Part shown: piece after piece, positions 38,545-46,101 of the stretch
How the letters are laid out: every line of letters starts with the position of its first letter
Position numbering within the stretch: the first letter of the stretch is position 1
Source: Candidatus Altiarchaeota archaeon
GTDB taxonomy: Archaea; Altiarchaeota; Altiarchaeia; IMC4; QMZM01
Direction: 5' to 3'
Length of the DNA: 48,812 nucleotides
NCBI GenBank assembly: GCA_016931955.1
Contig: JAFGDV010000031.1
Location: 1 to 48,812 of the forward strand
Program-made: the position numbers and the translations under genes
Notes under the pieces: generated by a model
What the model was told of the DNA's origin: nothing
The model's database searches: none
What the model saw: only the letters and a program-made list of their open reading frames with translations

Positions 38545-39054
38545 ATGCCAGAGGTCACCGCTCTCTTAGTGGGTAGGTTTCAGCCCTTCCACAATGGACA
38601 TATGAAGCTCATAGAGCATGTCGCGAATGAGGTCGACTATTTGTTGATAGCCATAGGCAGCTCCCAGGAAAGCCATACCTGGGAGAACCCGTTCTCTGCC
38701 GAAGAGAGGAAGATGATGGTCCAGAAATCGCTCAGGGTATTCAAACGCTATGAGATCTATGAGATACCGGACGTCAACAACGACAGGATCTGGGTTTCTC
38801 ACGTGAAGAGGATTCTTCCGGAATTCGATGTAGTTTATGCTAACAGCGACCGCGAAATCCGCCTGTTCGGGGAAGCCGGCTTCGAGGTCAAATCCACTCC
38901 GTTGTTCAGCAGAGACCTCTACTCTGGGACAGAGATCAGGAGGAGGATCGCCATGGACGAGAAATGGGAGCGACTCGTCCCTCAGGGAACCATAGACGTG
39001 ATTAGGAGCGTGGACGGCATCAGGAGGATCAAGGAGCTGAGCCTTATTTTATAA
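38545..39054 (+). CDS. nadM: Nicotinamide-nucleotide adenylyltransferase
   Basis: GRFQPFHNGH, GSSQESHT.ENPFSAEER, YSGTEIR. Confidence 0.93.
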   Translation: MPEVTALLVGRFQPFHNGHMKLIEHVANEVDYLLIAIGSSQESHTWENPFSAEERKMMVQKSLRVFKRYEIYEIPDVNNDRIWVSHVKRILPEFDVVYANSDREIRLFGEAGFEVKSTPLFSRDLYSGTEIRRRIAMDEKWERLVPQGTIDVIRSVDGIRRIKELSLIL

Positions 39055-39072
39055 TCCATATCATAATATAAC

Positions 39073-39327
39073 ATGGCCGAAAAACAAAAAGTCGGTGAGG
39101 TCTTCACCTACTTCGCAAAGGCCGGTGTCGCAGGTATAACGTTGACCGACGGCTCTCTTAGTGTTGGAGACAACATACTTTTTTTGGGTAATACCACGAA
39201 TTTTCAGCAGACCGTTGAATCCATGCAGATAGAACACAACTCTGTTCATAAGGCGGACCCCGGTCAGTCCATAGGAATGAAGGTGAGGGACAGAGTTAGG
39301 CCTCACGACGCAGTCTACACGGTCTGA
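39073..39327 (+). CDS. Small translation-factor domain II-like beta-barrel protein
   Basis: VGEVFTYF.K.GVA.I, L.VGD.I..G.TT.F.Q.VESMQIEH, G.KV..RVR..D.VY. Confidence 0.8.
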   Translation: MAEKQKVGEVFTYFAKAGVAGITLTDGSLSVGDNILFLGNTTNFQQTVESMQIEHNSVHKADPGQSIGMKVRDRVRPHDAVYTV

Positions 39328-39337
39328 ACTCCGAGAA

Positions 39338-40297
39338 ATGGAAGACAACAGAAGGCTTTGGGTGTGCATAGCATTGCTGGCAGTCCTTAACGTATCCACC
39401 CTCGTCTATCTCCTTCAGTCGCATAGTGCAACAAACAGCGTGCTGGATTCCATCAAGGCTAACATATCCTCACAGGATGACGCCTTTAAATCCTACCGGA
39501 GTCAGCAGAGCGCCGAGATGGACTCACTTGAAGCCAGCATAAGTAATGCCTCCAAGTCCTTAGACGCCAGGGTTTCTGCCTTGGATAGTAGATTTAATCT
39601 CTTCGTGAACGACTTGGATTCTCGAGTGGAGGGTCTTTCTTCGAGGGTTGATTCCTTGGGTGAGGAATCTGAGGAAAAATACGAGTCCTTGACGGGTAAG
39701 ATATCTGGGTTGGAGGATTTGACGAAGGGCGTCGACGTCGAGCAGTTGAAGTATTCCGTCGTCATCGTTATGGTAAACAACGACGTCGTCGCAAGCGGCA
39801 CGATCGTTGACCCTGACGGCTTCGTCGTCACAAACAAGCATGTTGTGGAGGCCATCGGCAGCGAAGACATTATCCGCGTTGAACTCTACAATGGCCGAAA
39901 GTATAGGGCCTCTGTTGTGGCTGAGAGCTCTACGAAGATTGATCTAGCGCTTCTCCGAATCCAGGGCAGCGACCTTGGTCTCTCCTTCCTCGAATTCGAA
40001 GACGTCAGCAACATCAAGACAGGCGATAAGGTCTACGCTATAGGTAACCCATTGGGGCAGGACTTGACGAAGTTCACTGTAACCAATGGCATCATCAGCG
40101 GCTTCCGGGAGGAGAAGAGCGTCTACTATATTCAAACTGATGCAGCCCTTAATCCTGGGAACTCCGGCGGACCCCTAATCAACAACAACGGCAAAGTTGT
40201 AGGCATAGTCAACATGGGCTACATCTATGCTGAAGGATTGAGCTTCGCTATCAGATCAGACATCGTACAACAATTCCTACTAGAAGAAATGCACTAG
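39338..40297 (+). CDS. Membrane-anchored trypsin-like (HtrA-type, no PDZ) serine protease with coiled-coil stalk
   Basis: N-term TM; TNKHVV, DLALL, AIGNP, QTDAALNPGNSGGPL. Confidence 0.92.
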   Translation: MEDNRRLWVCIALLAVLNVSTLVYLLQSHSATNSVLDSIKANISSQDDAFKSYRSQQSAEMDSLEASISNASKSLDARVSALDSRFNLFVNDLDSRVEGLSSRVDSLGEESEEKYESLTGKISGLEDLTKGVDVEQLKYSVVIVMVNNDVVASGTIVDPDGFVVTNKHVVEAIGSEDIIRVELYNGRKYRASVVAESSTKIDLALLRIQGSDLGLSFLEFEDVSNIKTGDKVYAIGNPLGQDLTKFTVTNGIISGFREEKSVYYIQTDAALNPGNSGGPLINNNGKVVGIVNMGYIYAEGLSFAIRSDIVQQFLLEEMH

Positions 40298-40317
40298 AAG
40301 TATTCTCTGAGTCTTTT
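40294..40317 (-). pseudogene. Orphan duplicate of the last 8 codons of the DUF763 gene
   Basis: AAA AGA CTC AGA GAA TAC TTC TAG (KRLREYF*) vs AAA AGA CTC AGA GAC TTT TTA TAA (KRLRDFL*) at 40836-40859. Confidence 0.65.
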
Positions 40318-40318
40318 T

Positions 40319-40834
40319 TTAGGCCCCCAGGTAGACTATTTTTCTGCCAACCATTCTGGCTTCGGGTGTCATCTTGTGCGGTTGGCTGCGTCCGGGTCCC
40401 AAGATGTGTTCCACATCTATTTTACGCGCAGTTAATGCATCTGATATCAGGGAGCGGTGACAGCGCCAGGGAATGGCTTCGGCGCACATCAGAGCAAGTT
40501 TTTTCTTTTTCGCAAGCTCCGGCAGCGTATTCAAGCTTTCTTCGAATTCCTTTGACTGCATGTGGTCTGCGTAGCCGCGAAAAGACGCATTCGTCAAACC
40601 CACATTCACGGAGTCCTTCCTCGCCTTCCGCAACCCACCCAAACCGGCCATATGGAGGTAGTCTACGCCTTTTTCTTTCAGAGCCCTGGGTAATGTTTCC
40701 CTGTTGAACTGGGGATTGTGGCGCGACCACGGGATGCTGCGTACATCAATCACTTCGTCTATTCCGTATTCTTTAAGCAGGCCGATGAAATCTTCTAATG
40801 ACCTGGTCGAATGCCCTATGGTGAATAGTTTCAT
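40319..40834 (-). CDS. DUF488 family protein
   Basis: FTIGHSTR, DVRSIP.SR.NPQFN, LGGLR, ALMCAEA.PWRCHR. Confidence 0.92.
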   Translation of the reverse strand: MKLFTIGHSTRSLEDFIGLLKEYGIDEVIDVRSIPWSRHNPQFNRETLPRALKEKGVDYLHMAGLGGLRKARKDSVNVGLTNASFRGYADHMQSKEFEESLNTLPELAKKKKLALMCAEAIPWRCHRSLISDALTARKIDVEHILGPGRSQPHKMTPEARMVGRKIVYLGA

Positions 40835-40835
40835 C

Positions 40836-41906
40836 TTATAAAAAGTCTCTGAGTCTTTTTATTGCGTATAGTTTTTCTTTCTGGTCTATTCTGGCGGCGT
40901 CTACTGCCTCCTGCAGCGTATTTATCGTGTGGTCGTATGTTTTCCTGTCCACTGGGTAGGGGAAGCCGTCTTTTCCGCCGTGGGCGAAGCTGAACCTTGC
41001 CGGATCCTTCCAGCTTGGTTCGGCTCCGTAGACTATCTCGGATACGAGGGCTAATGCCCTCACCCTCTTGGGGCCTATGCCCTTCAACGCTATGAGTTCC
41101 TCGTAGTTTTGGGGCTGTATCTCGTACGCCTTCCGCAGGACTTCGAAGCCGCCTCTGCCGACGTCTACTTCCAGCACCGGGTGATGGGAGGGCATTATGA
41201 GGGTCTTCTGTTTGCCTTCCCTTAGGTACTGGAGCAGATGCCCTGGGTTATCATTAACTAAGTCGACGCTTGTCTTCCGGGCTTCCTCGCTCTTCCTTGA
41301 GGTCATGTCCAGTGTTTTTTTCTCCAGTCTATCAGAGCATATCCCGGAGTGGGGTTCCTCTACGAAGGATTCCACGTTGTCTGAAAGCCAGTGGTATCTT
41401 CTAGCATAATTCTCATTCATCCCCTGCTGTACTACCGCCCACTCGCCTTCCTCAGTCAGGAAGAAGCTGTGGTGGTACAGTTGGTAGGAGTCCTGGATGC
41501 ATGTATTGTCTACCTTCGCCGAAATCCTGCTCGCATACTTCAGCTCTTCTATCTCCTTTGTAGACAAAGGAAAGACTTCGGCGGCTTTTTCTATCTCTGC
41601 CGGGGTCTTACGAGAAGCAGCTCCTTTGCCGCCTGCTACAATGATCCCTGTTTCTGGGGTGATTGCCATCTTCAGGGCGCCGCAGGCTGTCGTCGTTGTC
41701 CCGGAAGAATGCCAGTCGAAGCCTATCACGCACGTGAAGGCCTGGAACCAATGGGGGTCAGCTATCCTCAGAAGAAATTCCTTTTGACCGTATTCTTGGA
41801 CGATTACTTCAGTGATCGCGGAGGAAAGCCTCACCATCCTGTTGAACAGCCATCTGGGAGCGCGTCCTCCATGCAGTGGCAGATCAGCTGTCCCGGTCTT
41901 CTTCAT
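40836..41906 (-). CDS. DUF763 family protein
   Basis: GTADLPLHGG.APRWLF, DWHSSGTTT, LYHH, VVQQGMN, FAHGGKDG.PYPVD. Confidence 0.92.
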   Translation of the reverse strand: MKKTGTADLPLHGGRAPRWLFNRMVRLSSAITEVIVQEYGQKEFLLRIADPHWFQAFTCVIGFDWHSSGTTTTACGALKMAITPETGIIVAGGKGAASRKTPAEIEKAAEVFPLSTKEIEELKYASRISAKVDNTCIQDSYQLYHHSFFLTEEGEWAVVQQGMNENYARRYHWLSDNVESFVEEPHSGICSDRLEKKTLDMTSRKSEEARKTSVDLVNDNPGHLLQYLREGKQKTLIMPSHHPVLEVDVGRGGFEVLRKAYEIQPQNYEELIALKGIGPKRVRALALVSEIVYGAEPSWKDPARFSFAHGGKDGFPYPVDRKTYDHTINTLQEAVDAARIDQKEKLYAIKRLRDFL

Positions 41907-42574
41907 CTTACAATGTCGAACAGTTCATTTATATCATCTATTTCATGGTCTGCGTTTGATTTTATTGATCTGCCATTGTAACCGTATCTTGCGAAGCAGG
42001 TCTTCATCCCGATCTTTTTAGCGCCTTCGATGTCCCTCTCCAGGTGGTCTCCTATGAAGAGGCATTCCTCCGCCTTCATATCCAGTTCCTCCAGTGCCTT
42101 CTTGAATGGCTCAAGGTTGGGTTTCTTCTTTCCAGTGTCGCTGGATGTTATCACCACGTCAAGTAGGTGGCCTATTTCTAGGGCGGAGATTCTCAACCAG
42201 GCCTGCATCTTCTCGGCGTCTGTCACTATGGCAAGCTTTATCCCCTTCTTGGCGAGTTCTGTTAGCGTCGAGACCACGTGGGGGTAGGGTTTCAGGTAGG
42301 ATATCTTGGTCTTACGGTAGGAGTTTATCCCCGCAGCCATGATGCGGTAGTCCTCTCTACCTAGAACCCTTCTGCTGAATTCCTGGAAGACCTCCTGGTA
42401 TTCTATTCCCTGATCAGAGTATATGTTGAATAATGTCTTTATGGCTTCCTCTTTTTTCATCTCTAAGCCAGAATCGATCATGGCGTCAACTGCATTCTCC
42501 ACGCACATCCGCTTCAACTTCATGAAGTCGATCAAGGTGTTGTCTAAGTCGAAGAGGACTGCTTTGATTGGCAT
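41903..42574 (-). CDS. HAD-superfamily hydrolase (subfamily IA)
   Basis: FDLDNTL, IVTD, KKP, IGDHLERDIEGA. Confidence 0.93.
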   Translation of the reverse strand: MPIKAVLFDLDNTLIDFMKLKRMCVENAVDAMIDSGLEMKKEEAIKTLFNIYSDQGIEYQEVFQEFSRRVLGREDYRIMAAGINSYRKTKISYLKPYPHVVSTLTELAKKGIKLAIVTDAEKMQAWLRISALEIGHLLDVVITSSDTGKKKPNLEPFKKALEELDMKAEECLFIGDHLERDIEGAKKIGMKTCFARYGYNGRSIKSNADHEIDDINELFDIVR

Positions 42575-42575
42575 T

Positions 42576-43235
42576 TTAGTCCATGAAACCCAGTGCTTCG
42601 TCTATTCTTCCGAGTTCTATTCCCGTTGTGCGTGAGCCTGTCACATATCCGTTAGAGTTCGCTATGAGCCCGGATTTCACGAACGGGAAGCCGAAGTTAA
42701 CTGAGCCGGTCAGGCCTTCTACCCTGAATATGCTCGCCAATTCCATCAGTTCGCTTCCGGCGTCCGGGTGAACCAGGAAGCCCTTGTTTGTTGCAACACA
42801 GCAGGCTCCGACTTCTTCATGGCCTGCTATTCCTCCCTGGACGACCTCGACCCCTAAGATATCCCTCACACCCTTTATGTCTGATATCATGGGGCTCACT
42901 AAGGCTGCTTTGTCGTTGCACGCTATGAGGTTCCCAAGGGCTGTGCTCTTGTCCTTGAGCCTGCCTATTGTAGTATCTACATCATTTTCCTTTAGCTTCT
43001 TCTCCAGGAGGGTGGCTTCTTCGTCGGAGATGAAATAGGGTAGGAGGAGACTATTTGAGTTCCCGGCACAGAATAAGCCTATGAGGTTTGTGCCGTAGAG
43101 TGTCGTCTTTATTACTGGAGTGTCTAAGGCCTCGATCTTCGGGAACTTTTTGGATAGTATGGCGTATCTGTCGGAGCACATCCCAAGGAGGCCTATGAAG
43201 TCCTCTCCCTGAACAGAAGTCTGCTGCACATGCAT
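42576..43235 (-). CDS. eif6: Translation initiation factor aIF6
   Basis: GTNLIG..AGNSN, ALGNLI.CND, ATNKG.LVHP, GSVNFG, TTGIELGRI. Confidence 0.93.
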   Translation of the reverse strand: MHVQQTSVQGEDFIGLLGMCSDRYAILSKKFPKIEALDTPVIKTTLYGTNLIGLFCAGNSNSLLLPYFISDEEATLLEKKLKENDVDTTIGRLKDKSTALGNLIACNDKAALVSPMISDIKGVRDILGVEVVQGGIAGHEEVGACCVATNKGFLVHPDAGSELMELASIFRVEGLTGSVNFGFPFVKSGLIANSNGYVTGSRTTGIELGRIDEALGFMD

Positions 43236-43238
43236 TTG

Positions 43239-43481
43239 CTACTCAACCAAGGATGCGATCACCTTATCCTCTTCTTTTATTATCTTGATCCTTATCCTGC
43301 GGGGTGGTTTTTTCACGCCCTTCACCCACAGGGCCTCGTTGATGGAGGGATCAACTCTGACATTGGACAGCTTCAGCTTCCCTGTCAGATACTCCTTGAT
43401 GGTTTTTGTCGCACTGCTGGCTCTCTTCGTCTTCGAGACCCTGAACGCCTCCCTTAGGGGTATGGTGTAGACTTCTTCCAT
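43239..43481 (-). CDS. rpl31e: 50S ribosomal protein eL31
   Basis: YTIPLR, KRA, INEALW.KG..KPPRRIRI. Confidence 0.95.
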   Translation of the reverse strand: MEEVYTIPLREAFRVSKTKRASSATKTIKEYLTGKLKLSNVRVDPSINEALWVKGVKKPPRRIRIKIIKEEDKVIASLVE

Positions 43482-43482
43482 T

Positions 43483-43914
43483 TTATCTTATGTAGTTTCC
43501 AGTGTCTTCTTTCTCCTTGTTTTTGTCCTTCATCGCCACCTTAGGCATCGGTATGGGAGACGGCAGCTGTATCTCCCTCGCCAGTATTACTGTCTCAGTG
43601 ACGCAGTTGAATATTATGAAGTTGTGGATTTCCTCCGCCATATCCAGGGGCAGGTTTTTTTGGCCGCTTTTATCCCATTCTTTGACGGCCTTCTCCATTT
43701 TTTCCTCTGAGTCCTCGACGATCGTTTTCCCTGTGATTTTGACCTCGCCTATGTCTGGCTCGTATTTGCTCTTGAACGTGAATCCTATGGAGAGCCTGCC
43801 TTCAACCCGCTCTACGTCCGTTATGGTGCTGTTGTTGTTGACGGTTATGTAGCCTTGGGGTTCATTGAACTTGTTCGCCTCTATGCTATCGTACCTTACG
43901 CTGATTTTAATCAT
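43483..43914 (-). CDS. Conserved archaeal hypothetical protein (SecB-like fold pattern)
   Basis: I.A.K, VNNNS.I..V, F.F...YEP.IG...I.G, LAREIQLPSPIPMP. Confidence 0.7.
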   Translation of the reverse strand: MIKISVRYDSIEANKFNEPQGYITVNNNSTITDVERVEGRLSIGFTFKSKYEPDIGEVKITGKTIVEDSEEKMEKAVKEWDKSGQKNLPLDMAEEIHNFIIFNCVTETVILAREIQLPSPIPMPKVAMKDKNKEKEDTGNYIR

Positions 43915-43967
43915 GTTTTTACCCCAGACTCAATTATAATAGATAGATTTAGACTTAATAACTAAAG

Positions 43968-44402
43968 ATGACGACTGTGGTCGCAACCGGGGTCTTCACA
44001 ATACTCCATCCAGGGCATGTACTCTACCTGGAGGAGGCCAGGAAGCTTGGCGATAAACTTATCGTGATAGTGGCTAGAGACAGCATGGTTGAGAAGAAGA
44101 AAAACCAGCGGTTTGTCTCGGAGAAGCAGAGGCTCGCCGTCGTTAAAGCGCTGAAGACAGTCGACTCCGCTGTTCTTGGAGACGAGGAAGACATTTTCAA
44201 GCCCATAGAGGAGATCAAACCGGACATCATCGCCCTGGGAAAAGACCAGGACTTCGATGTAGAAGCCCTAGAGAAGGGGCTGCGGGATAGGGGCCTCAAA
44301 GCCAAGATTGTCAGGATCGAGAAATACTGGGATGAGGGCTTGCACAGCTCAAGGCACATAATAGCCAAGATCAAGGAACAGGAGAATGCATCTCAGGGTT
44401 AG
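43968..44402 (+). CDS. ribL: Archaeal FAD synthase (cytidylyltransferase family)
   Basis: ATGVFTILHPGH..YL.EA..LGD.L.VIVARD, PDIIALGKDQ, SS..I. Confidence 0.85.
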   Translation: MTTVVATGVFTILHPGHVLYLEEARKLGDKLIVIVARDSMVEKKKNQRFVSEKQRLAVVKALKTVDSAVLGDEEDIFKPIEEIKPDIIALGKDQDFDVEALEKGLRDRGLKAKIVRIEKYWDEGLHSSRHIIAKIKEQENASQG

Positions 44403-45384
44403 GAGGGAACAAGGTGAGGAAATCCGGAGAAAACTTATTGAGTTGGATTTTTTCGACTACAACAGGCGGATTCTGTCTGAGGGTGGCTTTTTGTTGATCC
44501 CTGTCACCGGAGTTGTTGAGTTAGAGGATTCTGAGTTAGTAGATGTTGTAGGTGAGAAGGTAGCTAGGAGGACCAGATCTCTGAGGGAATCCCTGGAGGG
44601 TAGACTAAACCCTGATGGACTAGGTCTGCTGCCCAGGGCCTTCGACGTTATAGGAGACATAGCAGTCCTGGAACTGCCTGATGAGTTACTGGATAAGAAG
44701 GATGTTGTTTGTGAGGCATTGCTTGAAACGTTCAAGAACATCAAAGTGGTTGCCGTAAAGAAGACCAGGGTTGGAACCGAGTTCCGTACCAGAAGCCTTG
44801 AGATCGCAGCCGGCGAAAACAGGTTGGAGACAATCCATAAGGAACATGGATGCCTTTATAGGTTGAACATTGAATCCGCCTATTTTTCTCCTCGCCTCGG
44901 CTCTGAGAGGCTGAGGGTCGCTTCCCAGGTAAAGGACGGTGAGCGTGTCCTTGTCATGTTCGCAGGAGTCGGGCCTTACCCGATCCTGATAGCTAAGAGA
45001 TCAAATCCTAGGGAAGTGGTTGCTGTAGAGTTGAATCCCAGCGCTTTTGATTATATGAGGGAAAACATCGCCTTGAATAACGTCGACGTCACCCCTATTT
45101 TAGGGGACGCTCGAAATGAAACACAGAAGCTGGGTAAATTCGACAGGATCGTTATGCCTTTACCTAAGGACGCAGGCAGTTTTCTGGATACGGCGCTGCC
45201 TGCGTTAAATAGGAATGGCGTGATACACTTCTACGACTTCTCCTCTGGGGAGCAGGAATCCTCTAGGGGGGTAGAGGAGATTTGCGGAAACCTTGGCTAC
45301 AGGATCAGGGTACTGGATGCCGTGAAATGCGGCTCATACTCTCCTGAACTCTACAGGGTCTGCATCGACTTCCGTGTTGTCTGA
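44386..45384 (+). CDS. trm5: Trm5/Taw2-family SAM-dependent tRNA methyltransferase
   Basis: FDVIGDIA, HKEHGC, YFSPRL..ER, MFAGVGP, ELNP, DRIVMPLP. Confidence 0.88.
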   Translation: MHLRVRREQGEEIRRKLIELDFFDYNRRILSEGGFLLIPVTGVVELEDSELVDVVGEKVARRTRSLRESLEGRLNPDGLGLLPRAFDVIGDIAVLELPDELLDKKDVVCEALLETFKNIKVVAVKKTRVGTEFRTRSLEIAAGENRLETIHKEHGCLYRLNIESAYFSPRLGSERLRVASQVKDGERVLVMFAGVGPYPILIAKRSNPREVVAVELNPSAFDYMRENIALNNVDVTPILGDARNETQKLGKFDRIVMPLPKDAGSFLDTALPALNRNGVIHFYDFSSGEQESSRGVEEICGNLGYRIRVLDAVKCGSYSPELYRVCIDFRVV

Positions 45385-45401
45385 CATTTATATATACATT
45401 G

Positions 45402-45418
45402 TTATAATAATATTATAA
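45402..45418. promoter_or_regulatory. Palindromic operator candidate at the TA operon start
   Basis: TTATAAT-aat-ATTATAA reaching the toxin ATG, downstream of TTTATATA (45388-45395). Confidence 0.45.
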
Positions 45419-45708
45419 TGATCAAAAACCTCTCAGGGAGGAGAATAGTCTGGACAAAACACGCTGCCAAAGAGGTTCTGGAGGATAACTTCAATCCGGC
45501 TCTGATAGAAAAATGCTTGGATAGGATTGCTAAATTCCCAGAATTCAACGAAAACAAAAACAGGGGAGTCACCAAACTGGATGGCAGATATTGCACTCTC
45601 ATCTATGTCAAGATGAAGCTTGGTTTGAAGGTTGTAACTTGCTGGGAAAGCAGCCAAAACGAAATAAAGGAGTACAGAAGGGCTGTTAGAGGATACAAGA
45701 ATAAATGA
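45418..45708 (+). CDS. Putative type II toxin (DUF4258/RelE-like ribonuclease)
   Basis: IVWTKHA..E, short beta-rich core, KVVTCW; small basic protein upstream of an antitoxin-like gene. Confidence 0.6.
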   Translation: MIKNLSGRRIVWTKHAAKEVLEDNFNPALIEKCLDRIAKFPEFNENKNRGVTKLDGRYCTLIYVKMKLGLKVVTCWESSQNEIKEYRRAVRGYKNK

Positions 45709-45709
45709 G

Positions 45710-46063
45710 ATGAAAAAAATGGAAAAACTAAAGTGTGTTTGCGGGGCGAAAGCAGAGAAACTAAAGACTGATTTGGAGTTATTCGATGGAACCATATTGT
45801 TGAAGGATGTGGACGCTTATTACTGCCCAGAATGTAAGGAAGAGATATTAACTACGGATCAGCTGTCTTCGGTCAGGGAGAAATTACGTGGAATTTTGCC
45901 AAATTTTGAAGCCTTCAGCCTCAGGAAGAAGGTAACCCAGCTTGGGAACTCCCTGTCGATCCCCCTCTCCAAAGAGATAACAGAATTCATGCATCTACAA
46001 AAAGGTGGGGAAGTAAAAATCACGGTCAAAAACAGACAACGGCTGATAATCGACGTCTGCTGA
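45710..46063 (+). CDS. Putative antitoxin: YgiT/MqsA-type Zn finger fused to an AbrB/SpoVT DNA-binding domain
   Basis: CVCG..LKDVDAYYCPECKEE then RKKVTQLGNSLSIPLSKEI..LQKGGEV.I. Confidence 0.75.
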   Translation: MKKMEKLKCVCGAKAEKLKTDLELFDGTILLKDVDAYYCPECKEEILTTDQLSSVREKLRGILPNFEAFSLRKKVTQLGNSLSIPLSKEITEFMHLQKGGEVKITVKNRQRLIIDVC

Positions 46064-46071
46064 TTGAGGAT

Positions 46072-46101
46072 AAAGTCTGCGTAGACTTCCAGCTTCTCTA
46101 G
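46072..46101 (+). pseudogene. Orphan duplicate of the last 10 codons of trm5
   Basis: KVCVDFQLL* vs trm5 RVCIDFRVV*; gtctgcgtagacttcc vs gtctgcatcgacttcc; TAG overlaps the rli stop. Confidence 0.7.
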
